DNA of 64,000 bases from Haliotis cracherodii (lineage: Eukaryota). Positions 1-12,381 of this stretch are shown here, piece by piece. The notes beneath the pieces are model-generated. The model was not told where the DNA came from. It did no database searches and was given only the letters and a program-made list of their open reading frames with translations. A program made the position numbers and the translations under genes. The stretch covers positions 53,072,001 to 53,136,000 of the forward strand of contig NW_027266297.1 in assembly GCF_022045235.1 (NCBI RefSeq). Direction: 5' to 3'. The stretch's first letter is position 1. Each line of letters opens with the position of its first letter.

Positions 1-465
1 CATTCTCAGCGATATTCCCAGTACACATGACGTCATACATGGTGCATTGGCTCCATTCTGTTGATAAGCTTCATTGTCAGCGATATTCCAAGTACACATG
101 ACGTCATACATTGTGCATAGGTTCCATTATGTTGAAAACTTCATTGTCAGCGATTGCACCAGTACCCTTGACGTCATACATGGTGCATAGTCTCCATTCT
201 GTTGATAATCTTCATTTTCAGCGATATTCCCCGTACACATGACGTCATATATTCTTTTGATAAGCTTCATTCCCAGCGATATTCCCAGTACATGTGACGT
301 CATACATGGTGCATAGTCTCCATTCTGTTGATAATCTTCATTTTCAGCGATATTCCCCGTACACATGACGTCATACAAGGTGCATTGGCTCCATTCCATT
401 GATGAGCTTCGTTGTTAGCGATAGTACCAGTACACATGGCGTCATACATTCTGTTGATAAGCTTC
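1..465. repeat. Degenerate ~70-bp tandem repeat, continues off the left edge
   Basis: Recurring unit cattNtcagcgatattcccagtacacatgacgtcatacatggtgcatNNNctccattctgttgataa at about 1, 72, 142, 213, etc. Confidence 0.9.
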
Positions 466-467
466 AT

Positions 468-898
468 ACAGGTTGTCGGGCGGTTAGACAGATCGCATAT
501 AGGTTGTCGGGCGGTCAGACAGACCGCATACATGTTGTCGGGCGGTTAGACAGATCGCATACAGGCTGTCGTGCGGTTAGACAGATCGCATACAGGCTGT
601 CGGGCGGTTAGACAGATCGCATACAGGTGGTCTGGCGGTTAGACAGATCGCATACATGTTGTCGGGCGGTTAGACAGATCGCATACAGGTTGTCGGGCGG
701 TTAGACAGATCGCATACAGGTGGTCGGGCAGTTAGACAGATCGCATACAGGCTGTCGGGCGGTTAGACAGATCGCATACAGGTGGTCTGGCGGTTAGACA
801 GATCGCATACATGTTGTTGGGCGGTTAGACAGATCGCATACAGGTTGTCGGGCGGTTAGACAGATCGCATACAGGTGGTCGGGCTGTTAGACAGGCAT
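468..898. repeat. 31-bp minisatellite (~14 copies)
   Basis: Unit caggttgtcgggcggttagacagatcgcata; variant ggtggtctgg recurs 155 bp apart (5 units). Confidence 0.95.
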
Positions 899-2784
899 AC
901 TTACAACGTCTGTTAAACTGTATATATATTTTTCAACAAAAACTCAATTTTACCCAACTAAAAATGTGTGGATTTCACTGAAAAAACAGCAATGCCTGGA
1001 GTTCGTAGGGGCAGCAATGGACTTGCGTCTGGCATAACATTAAGTTGTACATTACCTACACCGCTACCGACCCATGAATGTAGCGTAGTAAAAAGGTTTT
1101 GTGAACGCACACTTGTGGATTATCAGATGACAATGTTCTTGTGACTTATATTTGCTCGCAGAACAAACCGGTCATTATAGTCAGTCACTTAAGAAGCTCC
1201 AACAATTAGACAGTTACACAACAGATATTTCAAACTAAAACAATTACCTTACCTTCAAAAACGTAAATATGGTTGGGTCAGGTTATTCTCAAACAATGTA
1301 CACAAGGCATTGTGCATACTTACAATAAGCTGAAATTAGATATACCTATTACATAGAGCAAAATGGGAAGTTTCCACTTGTCCTTCACCTTTGATATCCA
1401 CCTTTGCACATCCATGTGTAAAAATACATAATACATGTCATGAAGAACTGCAGCTGCACGCCACAAGACAGTGGGTCTTGTAGGGTATGCATGTTTGGTG
1501 TGAGTGTATGATAGTTCCCAACTAGCCGACATGCATCTGTCAAAGTGTGCCATGTCCCCCCGACACTCACCGTGTAAAGGTTTCCTTGCTCCCCACACCG
1601 CGGGGCAGCCAGCGCCTACATAGCCACAGAAATGTCGCTGCAGTGGAAACTCACTTGTGATATGCATGCGTAGCACGGAATGACACGCATATGTGTTTTG
1701 CATTAGTAGAGAAAACAGTCGGTTGTTGTGTCCTGACAACAACCCAGAACTGGAGCAACGCGTCTTCTCCACTTACATTCACAGAAAGAAGTTACAGCAT
1801 GTACATAACACAGTCCCCTCGAACTGTAGGGAATTTATATTTCATTTAAGATAAATGTTGTTGTCAAAACGTTTTTTATTTAACCTGATAGAAATATGAA
1901 TTCTCTAACTGTAAATGTAAATGCAACACTCAGTGTTTAACTTTTACTGAAGTCCAGGAGACGCAAGTCCAGTATATCAAGTACATGTGTTATTACCGTG
2001 TATTCAGCCCATTCCCTCTGTATACGTGATTGCCATGTCACCAACCCATTCTCTACAAGTGAGTTGTTCCCCCAAAGATGGAGTTGGGCAACGCAGGTGA
2101 ATGCAAAGGCCGGACGGCCGCATCCAAGATAAGGCGAATTATGGCAATCGGTACTGGGAGAAAAGGTATAGATTATCGCCTGAGGGTTGTGAGAATATTC
2201 AGGAAATACCAAACTTAACTCCCAAGTTTACAACAAAGGACGAGTCCAACATTGCCGAGGTCGAATTTTATTCACGGAGTCATCATTATTTAAATATGGG
2301 TAAATATTTTTAAAGCTTGTACATTTTATTAACATCCCTAAAGTGACTGAACATAAGGTTGTTATTTCTTATAAAAAGTAAAGCCCGTAGTCGTCGTTTA
2401 TCGAAAATTAAGTATACTAACCAGTATGTACAAGCGTCGTCGGAAGACAATCAAGACTGAACTAATGGCGTTTAACTTGATACCAATGTAAGCATTCATG
2501 CTGGAGATTCAAGGACAACAACATAATTAAACTTCAATGATTAAAATAGATTCAGTCGAACATCCCATTTTCGTGTTTATAAATATTTTTTTTAAGTGGA
2601 AAATTCTACATTGAGCGAACTTCAATGATAATGGGAGACAACGGTACACTTGAAAGACGGGAAAGCAGCATGTGACCAACATACTGCATATAATATCATG
2701 TGATATTTTCAAAGGGGGTGGGGGCTTCAACGCCTCCCCGCAACACCCTTGATCCCCCCCTTGATCCGCCCGGGTAGGTGTGTA

Positions 2785-5083
2785 CTACAGACTGCACGCT
2801 GCATGCACCAAGCAATCAGGAGTATTGTAGACTGCACGCTGCATGCACCACGCAATCAGGAGTATTGTAGACTGCACTCTGCATGCACCAAGCAATCAGG
2901 AGTATTGCAGACAGCACTCTGCATGCACCACGCAATCAAGACTATTGTAGACTGCACTCTGCATGCACCAAGCAATCAGGAGTATTGTAGACTGCACGCT
3001 GCTTGCACCAAGCAATCAGGAGTATTGTAGACTGCACTCTGCATGCACCAAGCAATCAGGAGTATTGTAGACTGCACTCTGCATGCACCAAGCAATCAGG
3101 AGTATTGTAGACTGCACGCTGCATGCACCAAGCAATCAGGAGTATTGTAGACTGCACTCTGCATGCACCAAGCAATCAGGAGTATTGTAGACTGCACGCT
3201 GCATGCACCAAGCAATCAGGAGTATTGTAGACTGCACTCTGCATGCACCAAGCAATCAGGAGTATTGTAGACTGCACGCTGCATGCACCAAGCAATCAGG
3301 AGTATTGTAGACTGCACTCTACATGCACCACGCAATCAGGACTATTGTAGACTGCACGCTGCATGCACCAAGCAATCAGGAGTATTGTAGACTGCACTCT
3401 GCATGCACCAAGCAATCAGGAGTATTGTAGACTGCACTCTGCATGCACCAAGCAATCAGGAGTATTGTAGACTGCACTCTGCATGCACCAAGCAATCAGG
3501 AGTATTGTAGACTGCACGCTGCATGCACCACGCAATCAGGAGTATTGTAGACTGCACGCTGCTTGCACCACGCAATCAGGAGTATTGTAGATTGCACGCT
3601 GCATGCACCAAGCAATCAGGAGTATTGTAGACTGCACTCTGCATGCACCACGCAATCAGGAGTATTGTAGACTGCACGCTGCATGTACCAAGCAATCAGG
3701 AGTATTGAAGACTGCACTATGCATGCACCAAGCAATCAGGAGTATTGTAGACTGCACGCTGCATGCACCAAGCAATCAGGAGTATTGTAGACTGCACGCT
3801 GCATGCACCAAGCAATCAGGAGTATTGTAGACTGCACGCTGCATGCACCAAGCAATCAGGAGTATTGTAGACTGCACTCTGCATGCACCAAGCAATCAGG
3901 AGTATTGTAGATTGCACTCTGCATGCACCAAGCAATCAAGACTATTGTAGACTGCACTCTGCATGCACCAAGCAATCAGGAGTATTGTAGACTGCACTCT
4001 GCATGCACCAAGCAATCAGGAGTATTGTAGACTGCACTCTGCATGCACCAAGCAATCAGGAGTATTGTAGACTGCACTCTGCATGCACCAAGCAATCAGG
4101 AGTATTGTAGACTGCACTCTGCATGCACCAAGCAATCAGGAGTATTGTAGACTGCACTCTGCATGCACCAAGCAATCAGGAGTATTGTAGACTGCACTCT
4201 GCATGCACCACGCAATCAGGAGTATTGTAGACTGCACGCTGCATGCACCAAGCAATCAGGAGTATTGTAGACTGCACGCTGCATGCACCAAGCAATCAGG
4301 AGTATTGTAGACTGCACTCTGCATGCACCACGCAATCAGGAGTATTGTAGACTGCACTCTGCATGCACCACGCAATCAGGAGTATTGTAGACTGCACGCT
4401 GCATGCACCAAGCAATCAGGAGTATTGTAGACTGCACTCTGCATGCACCAAGCAATCAGGAGTATTGTAGACTGCACTCTGCATGCACCAAGCAATCAGG
4501 AGTATTGTAGACTGCACGCTGCATGCACCAAGCAATCAGGAGTATTGTAGACTGCACGCTGCATGCACCAAGCAATCAGGAGTATTGTAGACTGCACTCT
4601 GCATGCACCAAGCAATCAGGAGTATTGTAGATTGCACGCTGCATGCACCACGCAATCAGGAGTATTGTAGACTGCACGCTGCATGTACCAAGCAATCAGG
4701 AGTATTGTAGACTGCACTCTGCATGCACCAAGCAATCAGGAGTATTGTAGACTGCACGCTGCATGCACCAAGCAATCAGGAGTATTGTAGACTGCACGCT
4801 GCATGCACCAAGCAATCAGGAGTATTGTAGACTGCACTCTGCATGCACCAAGCAATCAGGAGTATTGTAGACTGCACGCTGCATGCACCAATCAATCAGG
4901 AGAATTGTAGATTGCACGCTGCATGTACCAAGCAATCAGGAGTATTGCAGACTGCAGACTGCACTCTGCATGCACCAAGCAATCACGAGTATTGTAGATT
5001 GCACGCTGCATGTACCAAGCAATCAGGAGTATTGTAGACTGCACTCTGCATGCACCAAGCAATCAGGAGTATTGTAGACTGCA
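2785..5083. repeat. 40-bp minisatellite (~57 copies)
   Basis: Near-perfect unit actgcac(t/g)ctgcatgcaccaagcaatcaggagtattgtag. Confidence 0.98.
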
Positions 5084-6049
5084 GGCTAATAAAATTAGCA
5101 TTAGATTCTTTAACTGTAACTGTTTCTTTATGAAATGTACAAAGCTACATTGACAATGTCCCTCCCCTGAATGTCCAAGAGTCATCATTGTCAGTCCCAC
5201 AGCAAGCATCAACATGCGCTTACAGTTGGCAGCTGACGCATCACGTTTTCTTCAGGTTGATTTTATATTAGAAATTAAAGCTATACAATATAACCAGCAA
5301 TTGATTACTACACATCTGTACATATCCAATTAGCATAATAATAGAGCCACAATATAATTAGGTATTCCATGCTGCTATGGTTGTACGTCAATGTAAGTAA
5401 TGTCATACATGGTCACAATTGGTCAACAACACCGATGATATAAATCTCATTTGCTCTGTGGCTGTTATCACTATCAACGACTCGGACTTGATAGATGGAG
5501 ACCACTAGTCTGTAAATGTCCTCTGCTTTACGTGATCTAATCGAATTCTTTTACATGCATTTATTGCATACATTTATGAAACAGGGTACAATCTTGTCGG
5601 CCATCAGCAATACAAAGGACAAATTCAGAAAATGTAGTGTCGCTGTAATATTCATGCATTCTACATAGTGTTGCTGTAATATTCAATGGCGCTAGTCATT
5701 AAGGGGGATAAAACAAGGACTGGTCGGCTCGGAGTCAGTATATGTAAGCACTACTTCACCTCGCCCCCCCTGTATTAATCAAGCATACTATGTACCAAAA
5801 AACACGAGAATGCGAGATCGCGATTGGTCAAATCTCGCGTTCTCGCGATCTCGTATTTTGGGCATATTTAGCTCGTGTATAATGGTCGAGATCGCATCGC
5901 GAGAATGCGAGATCGCGAGTATAACCCTTACAGTATTCAATAATTTGCAGATTTTTTTGCATAATAATTATGATATTCTACTACACAAAACCACCTCCTT
6001 GGTCTAGTGGTAGAGCATCCGAAAAACAAGGACTCGGTTCGGAGTTAGT

Positions 6050-6076
6050 ACACACATACACACACACACACACACA

Positions 6077-6124
<48 letters not shown>

Positions 6125-6128
6125 CGAA
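6050..6128. repeat. Compound (CA)n(CACG)n microsatellite
   Basis: Direct reading; follows a short SINE-like remnant at ~5990-6049. Confidence 0.95.
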
Positions 6129-6360
6129 CAAACACATATGTGCATGGGGCATGATGGCTACCCAATTCTCTTTGGGCGTCTCAGAGCGCATAAAACTCCG
6201 GTTTGCTGCTAACTTTTCAGACTCAGTATCCTCGCGGCCATGAAACATTTATAGCAATGTTATAAAGTCAGTCATCTTAGGAGTTGCGCCAGTCACGGCC
6301 TGTGTTTCTCGAAATTATATTTTGTGTAGATCGGCTGATCAGGCCATTTTATTTTAAGAA

Positions 6361-6455
6361 CATCTTTAGAATACAGTACCACAAACTTTTCAAACAGGTG
6401 CAATACCCTGTGGCGTAATTTGTTGTGTTGGGGTACTGTATTCTAAAGGTGCTCC
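6361..6455 (-). mobile_element. ~95-bp internally deleted derivative of the TIR element at 7215-8325, in opposite orientation
   Basis: ctttagaatacagtaccacaa..cttttcaaacaggtgcaataccctgtggcgtaatttgt matches the reverse complement of 8260-8323; ttctaaaggtgctcc matches the reverse complement of 7215-7229. Confidence 0.7.
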
Positions 6456-6639
6456 TCGTAGGATCATGGTAGGCCTAAGGGTCGCAACTCTGCAAAGTGA
6501 ATTGAAAATATTTTGCTTCCATGAAATCACAAAACAAGCAACAGGCTGTGTGGAAATGTTAATGATTCTAAACTTTACTTTTACCTTTAGACGCTAATCC
6601 TGATATTAAACTGCTACCCCTGCTGGTTTGCACAGCAAG

Positions 6640-6808
6640 AATCGTTGATCCAGTCAAGCATTTTTTGTTCGCTGTCAAAGTCAGCCGCCATTTTGGTTTG
6701 AGAACGAAGCGACCTCTGCCAGCGATTGTTTCGCTTGCAAGCGGCTTACTGTTGTAAGGTAAATCGCTGTCCATCGCTTGCAAGCGATTCGCGCTTTGTA
6801 ACGCACCC
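6640..6808 (-). mobile_element. Truncated copy of the MITE at 8724-9145 (inverted)
   Basis: Reverse complement aligns by eye with 8724-8905, e.g. gcttgcaagcgaaacaatcgctgg and cgcttcgttctcaaaccaaaatggc. Confidence 0.85.
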
Positions 6809-7214
6809 AAGTATTACAGCTAAAATGGATAGACACACATACAGACCCATGAAATGAATTTGATAATGTCCTCATGAAAATGGAAAGGAGTGGACTGAAA
6901 TACGATACCAAGGTACACTTACATTATACCGGATACCTGTCGACCATGCTTGTTGGATGATTCTTAAAAAGCGGCACTCGACAGCGTGACTACTGGAAAA
7001 AAGGTGGAATAACGCTCAAGATATGCAGAAAAAAATTATTCCATTTGCATTTGTATGATTTAATTAAACGACGAAATAGAATATCAAAGTAAATAATAAA
7101 ACAGGGAAAATCAGATCTTACCATAAAACAAATACACGAAAGTAGAAGTTCGATAATAGCGAGCGGGGACATTAACATTATATGTTACATTAACTCGGGG
7201 TACTGAAATGACAT

Positions 7215-8325
7215 TGGAGCACCTTTAGAATAAAGTACCACAACTTCTCGTGAGGACGATCTCTGCCGTAGGTCACAAGCAACCAGTTTTCGTGAGAATC
7301 CGTCTGACGCGAACTCCCGATTGTTAGCCCGACAGCTAACCGACTGAGCTACGTCCACATGGTGAAACTAAGTGCAAATTTACCTAGTCATGCCTACGAC
7401 GTTACGGAACTGAACGAAAAGGGTCGAATAGGTGATGGACACTAACGAGGGGTTACGGGAAGGCATGGTGTCTCGTGACTTTAGTCTTCGGACACTTACG
7501 GATGATCCCTATGTCATTTGGCAAACTCGTCCCATTCGGTAATCTACAAGATACCGAGTGGTGAGGAATGAGCCGATATGGCGCGAACTGAAAACGGCTC
7601 CAGGCGTCAGACGTCAGACATCGAACTCGCGAATTTTTCGAATGATTTGTATCGGAACTGTGAACTTTAAGTTATCTGGTCGTGCTGTGTTCGTTCATTC
7701 ATGAACAACACTTCCCGAAACAGCGCCACAACATACGCTTCAAAGGGGACACCGATGGCACAACCGGATCATCCCAAGTAAGTCTAAATATCTGTCCAGA
7801 TAGTTTAAACAGACTTCATTTCACCACGCTTATCCTTTTACGCTACATCAAATTGAAAGTTGCGAAAATGGTCGGGTGCGTCACGCTCAAGGGACGCGCT
7901 CGATTGGCAGTCGTACATTGTAAATCGATTTATAGATCTAGCTCGATTATACGTCTGTAGGAGCTCAATGCATAACTTATATAGAATGCAAACCGAATTT
8001 GATGCGTGTGACTATCTTGTTTGGTTTAATAAAGTGTTTGTAAATATCTCTCGTGCTCATGAATTTCTTCAGTTCTGCCTTGTAATCGCAAAATGAATGA
8101 CGTCTCGCGATTTTTTATGAATGAAAAAAGTAGTCCCGGTGTGACAGAGGTCACGGTTATCCAATCAAAACGAATAAAACAAGGTCAACCTTGTACGACA
8201 CACGTGTGACGTACGGATTTAGTATCTTACCACCTGTATCTTCACCACGTGGGTAATAATACAAATTACGCCATAGGGTATTGGCACGTGTTTGAAAAGA
8301 TTGTGGTACTGTACTCTAAAGGTAG
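7215..8325 (+). mobile_element. Non-autonomous DNA transposon with terminal inverted repeats (~1.1 kb)
   Basis: Left end cacctttagaataaagtaccacaa; right end ttgtggtactgtactctaaaggt; no recognisable transposase inside. Confidence 0.7.
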
Positions 8326-8723
8326 GCCATGACATTTACCTTCGAAAGTTCATTTTGCAAGGACTTGTGTGGAAGACACAAACACCCTTGTTAATTTAGT
8401 GAGTCGGCTAAAAAAAGAAACCGTTACTGATGAAGGAGCTCGCGCACATCCCTTTCCAAAAAGGCGGAAGATATCCGGCATACTGCTACCTAGCTGGTAC
8501 CAACATGAGTAAAACATGTACAATTGCAGCGAACTCACCTCGAATTTCCTTTGTTGATTCACGAACCAACCGACAGATAAACATGTCGGAAATGCCAATG
8601 CAACCCCTCCTATATAACGTTGATGATGTGACGTCATCCAACACTTGTGACGTCAAAGCAAAGTATTCGATGACGTCATCCAACAGATGTAAAGTATTCA
8701 ATAACGTCATCAAACGACACTAG

Positions 8724-9145
8724 GGGTGCGTTGCAAAGCGCCAATCGCTTGCAAGCGATGTACAGCGATTCGCCTTACAACAGTGCGCTAACTTTCAGCC
8801 GCTTGCAAGCGAAACAATCGCTGGCTGAGGTCGCTTCGTTCTCAAACCAAAATGGCAGCTTGCTTTGACAGCGGAACAAGAAATTCTTGACTGGATCAAC
8901 GAGGAAATCAGCAAAGGCAGCGAAGACCCCATCATCCTCAGCCTGCTCTACATCTTCAAAGTAGTCATAAATTCCATCAGCACGGCATCGAACCTCTTCT
9001 ATTACTTTCTTCATTACGTCAAGGCAACCAAGCGCTAGTTGCGCCGCCATTTTGGAAGAGTGCGCAAGCGCTTCGAACTGTTGCAGGCCCCGGGTTGAGC
9101 GATGAATTTGCTTTCCCTAAGCGTTTCGTGGCTTGCAACGCGCCC
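8724..9145 (+). mobile_element. MITE, possibly PIF/Harbinger-type
   Basis: TIRs gggtgcgttgcaa / ttgcaacgcgccc; second (partial) copy at 6640-6808. Confidence 0.7.
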
Positions 9146-9325
9146 GAGAACAAACATTAGTAGATGTAAAGGGACATTCACACGGTACAACTAGTTGTAT
9201 ACAATTAGTTGAACTAACTTAAGTTGTACACTCGGCATTCCCACGGCAGCGAGTTGCATACATCTCGGGTCTCGCGAGATCTCTGACAAAAAGCTTGTGA
9301 TTCACTACATTATCGCTAAAATCCT

Positions 9326-9434
9326 GTGCCCTGTTCCACAAAGCGATCTTACCCCTACGACTACCGTAGGCCTGTGTTAAAGTATGGGAGTTACGATCAT
9401 CTTAGCGCTAAGATCGCTTTGTTGAACAGGGCCC
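9326..9434. mobile_element. ~110-bp palindromic MITE (Harbinger-like)
   Basis: gccctgttccacaaagcgatctta ... taagatcgctttgttgaacagggc; related copy at 61890-62005. Confidence 0.7.
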
Positions 9435-10749
9435 TGGTTGCCGAGTTACATGTTCAGAAGCATAGTTTTGAAATATCAACGCTGTGCGAGAATTGCGGTC
9501 GCGCGGTACTGGGTCAACCTCTGACTTTGCAATTTAACCGAGTTGTATATTACTGAAGTTTTGACCCCATGATGAAAAAATGAAAGTTTGGTTTGAAGTG
9601 TTAAATGTTGTCCAGGTTTCTGTTTTGCTGATGATAAAGCCTCTAAAATATGTAGCCATTAACATTTGATCGTACATAGATAAAGTACAGTGCGACGAAT
9701 TGTTTTATTTTTATTTGACAGATTTATGTAAACGAACAAAATACTGTCTAATATCCGAACAACGTCATGACAGATATATTAGAATTGTACGATGATGTAT
9801 ACGAAAACGTTCTCGTTTTAGGTGGCGAAAATAAAGTTTCCACTATGACGTCAAAACACGAGGGAGATGTCCATATGTACAAAGACAAAAAAGGGCATAA
9901 CTCCGCAATGCTTAACTGTAAGCCATTGTAATCCAGTATACGTCTTGTCCGTGGTGAGCATATTCTATGGCTCAGGACAATACATTCAAGTTGTTTTTTT
10001 AGTTATGTTTATCTACAAAGTTCCTACACGGCTATCGATTTTGATAACCACAACGGTTCCTTTTCTGGGACATTGACTGATTGCCATCCAAAATGTTCTG
10101 AAGACATATTTCGGATTTTGTGATAATTTAGAAGAATGATCTATAAAACTCCTGAAAGTGCCCTATGGCCAGTTGAAACCAAATACGTTTAGATGCCCAA
10201 TTAATAAGTAACGTTGAAATCGGTACCACAAAAATGTAACAGAATATTACCACTGATATTCGTTCATAGTATAGAAAGTTTCGATTAAAAGAACAGAATG
10301 TTGGGCTTTATCACTACAATCCCCCACCCCCCATCCCACCCCCACCCACCAACGCACTCCCAAACTGTCGACTTCAATTTTACGTTAGTTCCACATTGAC
10401 AAGGCAAAATAATGACAAATGGTCATTTATGGAGTTAATATCCCTTCATGGCGTTTGATATTCTCTTGAAACTGTAAATGTCTCACTTAACCCGTCAATC
10501 GAGACCGTTCGTTTCGCAAAGCGCCATTTTTCTAACTTGACCAGCGTGTATTCTTTCGCTTCCAACAGCAGTCTCGAAGCTTTCAAGAATGTGTTTTGTT
10601 AAAGTTGATTTTGTATAAAATCATATCTACTTGTATGATACAGAATTTTCGCAACCCAAAATATTTGTGTTACCTTGGTTTACATATATTTTTAACGATT
10701 TGTTCAGTCGCAAATACAAGGGGTAGTGACCCGTCCCTGTGTGCTGCGC

Positions 10750-10873
10750 CACTCGTGAAAATATCTCCTTTCCCTCCGTCACTCGGTGAGAGGAACATGA
10801 TTTTTCACTGGACACATGAAATATCCTCTATCTCTAATTGAGTGACGGGGCCAAAGGAGATATTTTCACGAGT
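10750..10873. repeat. Foldback hairpin element
   Basis: actcgtgaaaatatctccttt..ccgtcactc / gagtgacgg..aaaggagatattttcacgagt. Confidence 0.8.
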
Positions 10874-11210
10874 CGTGTTTCAAATGTTAAGTTTAGCGCG
10901 GTATGTTTAACTCCTAATTACAAATGGAAGATGAAATACCTGATGTGACAGTGACCTTGAAAGTGCTACTTCCAATTTAGGTCGTATTTTGATCAGCATT
11001 CTGCAGGTTAGCCTAACATCGCGATTTCAGTTTTCAATTACCATACAGTGGACGTCGGGTCGTTTTTGTGGTATTTGAGAGGGATTTATGACGTTGTCGC
11101 TCGCAATTCTTTGTATATATTTTACAAGTATCAATGTCATTCATGTTACCGACTGAAAAATCTGTCAATAGTCCAAGTAGATCAGGTGACATGTTTGTTT
11201 ACTTTATGCC

Positions 11211-11446
11211 GGACCCGTGAAGATCCGGGTTAGAACTGGTCTTCAGCAACCCATGCCTGTCGTAAGAGGCGATGATGGGGTGGTCGGGTAGTCAGGCTCG
11301 CTGATTTGGTTGATACATGTCATCGTATCCCAATTGCGTGGGTCGATGATCATGATGTCAGTCTCTGTATTGTCTGGTCCAGACTCGATTGTTTACAGAC
11401 TAGGTGGAATATTGCCGAGTGCGGCGTAAAACAACAAACCAACAAA
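11211..11446 (+). mobile_element. SINE-like dispersed repeat (family A)
   Basis: Starts gacccgtgaagatccgggttagaa and ends in a (caaa)n-like tail; inverted copy at 60844-61091. Confidence 0.8.
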
Positions 11447-11543
11447 GCATGTTCCTATCCATATTATGCACACGAGTCATTAAAGTGACGGATTGAAAAA
11501 TACCAATCGCATTCAGTAAGTAAGAGAGACGCCTATCCTAACA

Positions 11544-11617
11544 GTAGGATGTTGTACAAGTCCTGTGATAAAACCTGTCAAAAGGTTATATCACAGACCT
11601 TGTACAACGTCCTACTA
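11544..11617. repeat. Foldback hairpin
   Basis: agtaggatgttgtacaag..ctgtgataaaacct / aggttatatcacag..cttgtacaacgtcctact. Confidence 0.8.
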
Positions 11618-12239
11618 TGCACCTAAAGTAACCTGCTCAGATGTACATTGTAAACGGGCAAGTTAAACAGTGCAGCGTTTAACAACAAACAAACAAACAA
11701 ACAAACACACTTCATGCCGGGCCATCGTGTGCCAATTATTCCAACGCGATGTTAAGCGGCCGTAAATCAAATAATCGCTAGTTAACGAATATACGTTTAG
11801 TAAAATTAACCAGACAAATTAGATCTACAATGTCATGGTAGAATGTGTTCTATTTGAAATATTTGTTTGTGAAAATTCCATCGAGGGGTATGCGTAAGTG
11901 CATGAGTAATGCAAGCACTGGCAATATATTCACTTTAAATGTTTTGATTGCAGTGCATATCAAGTACAACGGGATATCAGAATTGCGATGACAGAACTAT
12001 CAATCACTTCAAAACATAATTCAGTAATTCCAGCGGTATAAAAGTCAACTTCGACGTCACGCACACCGCATATACTTCTACAATATTGTAGTTATGAATA
12101 CAAATAATTGCATCAGTTTTTCGCTTGGCGTTTTAAACAACATTCCTGCATTTGAAACGATTGTACGTCTTCTCGACATACAGCATTCCAGTGGTGAAGC
12201 GTTGATGATTGCAACATTGTTTACTTGTTTCGACTTGTC

Positions 12240-12381
12240 ATAAATAGAGGTTATCACGCGAGTGTGTTTCGGGATGGTAAATATCCTGTATTAGGAATAA
12301 ACATTGTATTTAGCGAGCCTCGTGTGTCCCTAATATTGGATATTTACCAACCCCAAACACACAAGCGTGATAACCTCTTTA
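12240..12381. repeat. Foldback hairpin element
   Basis: agaggttatcacgcgagtgtgtttcgggatggtaaatatcc / ggatatttaccaaccccaaacacacaagcgtgataacctct. Confidence 0.85.
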
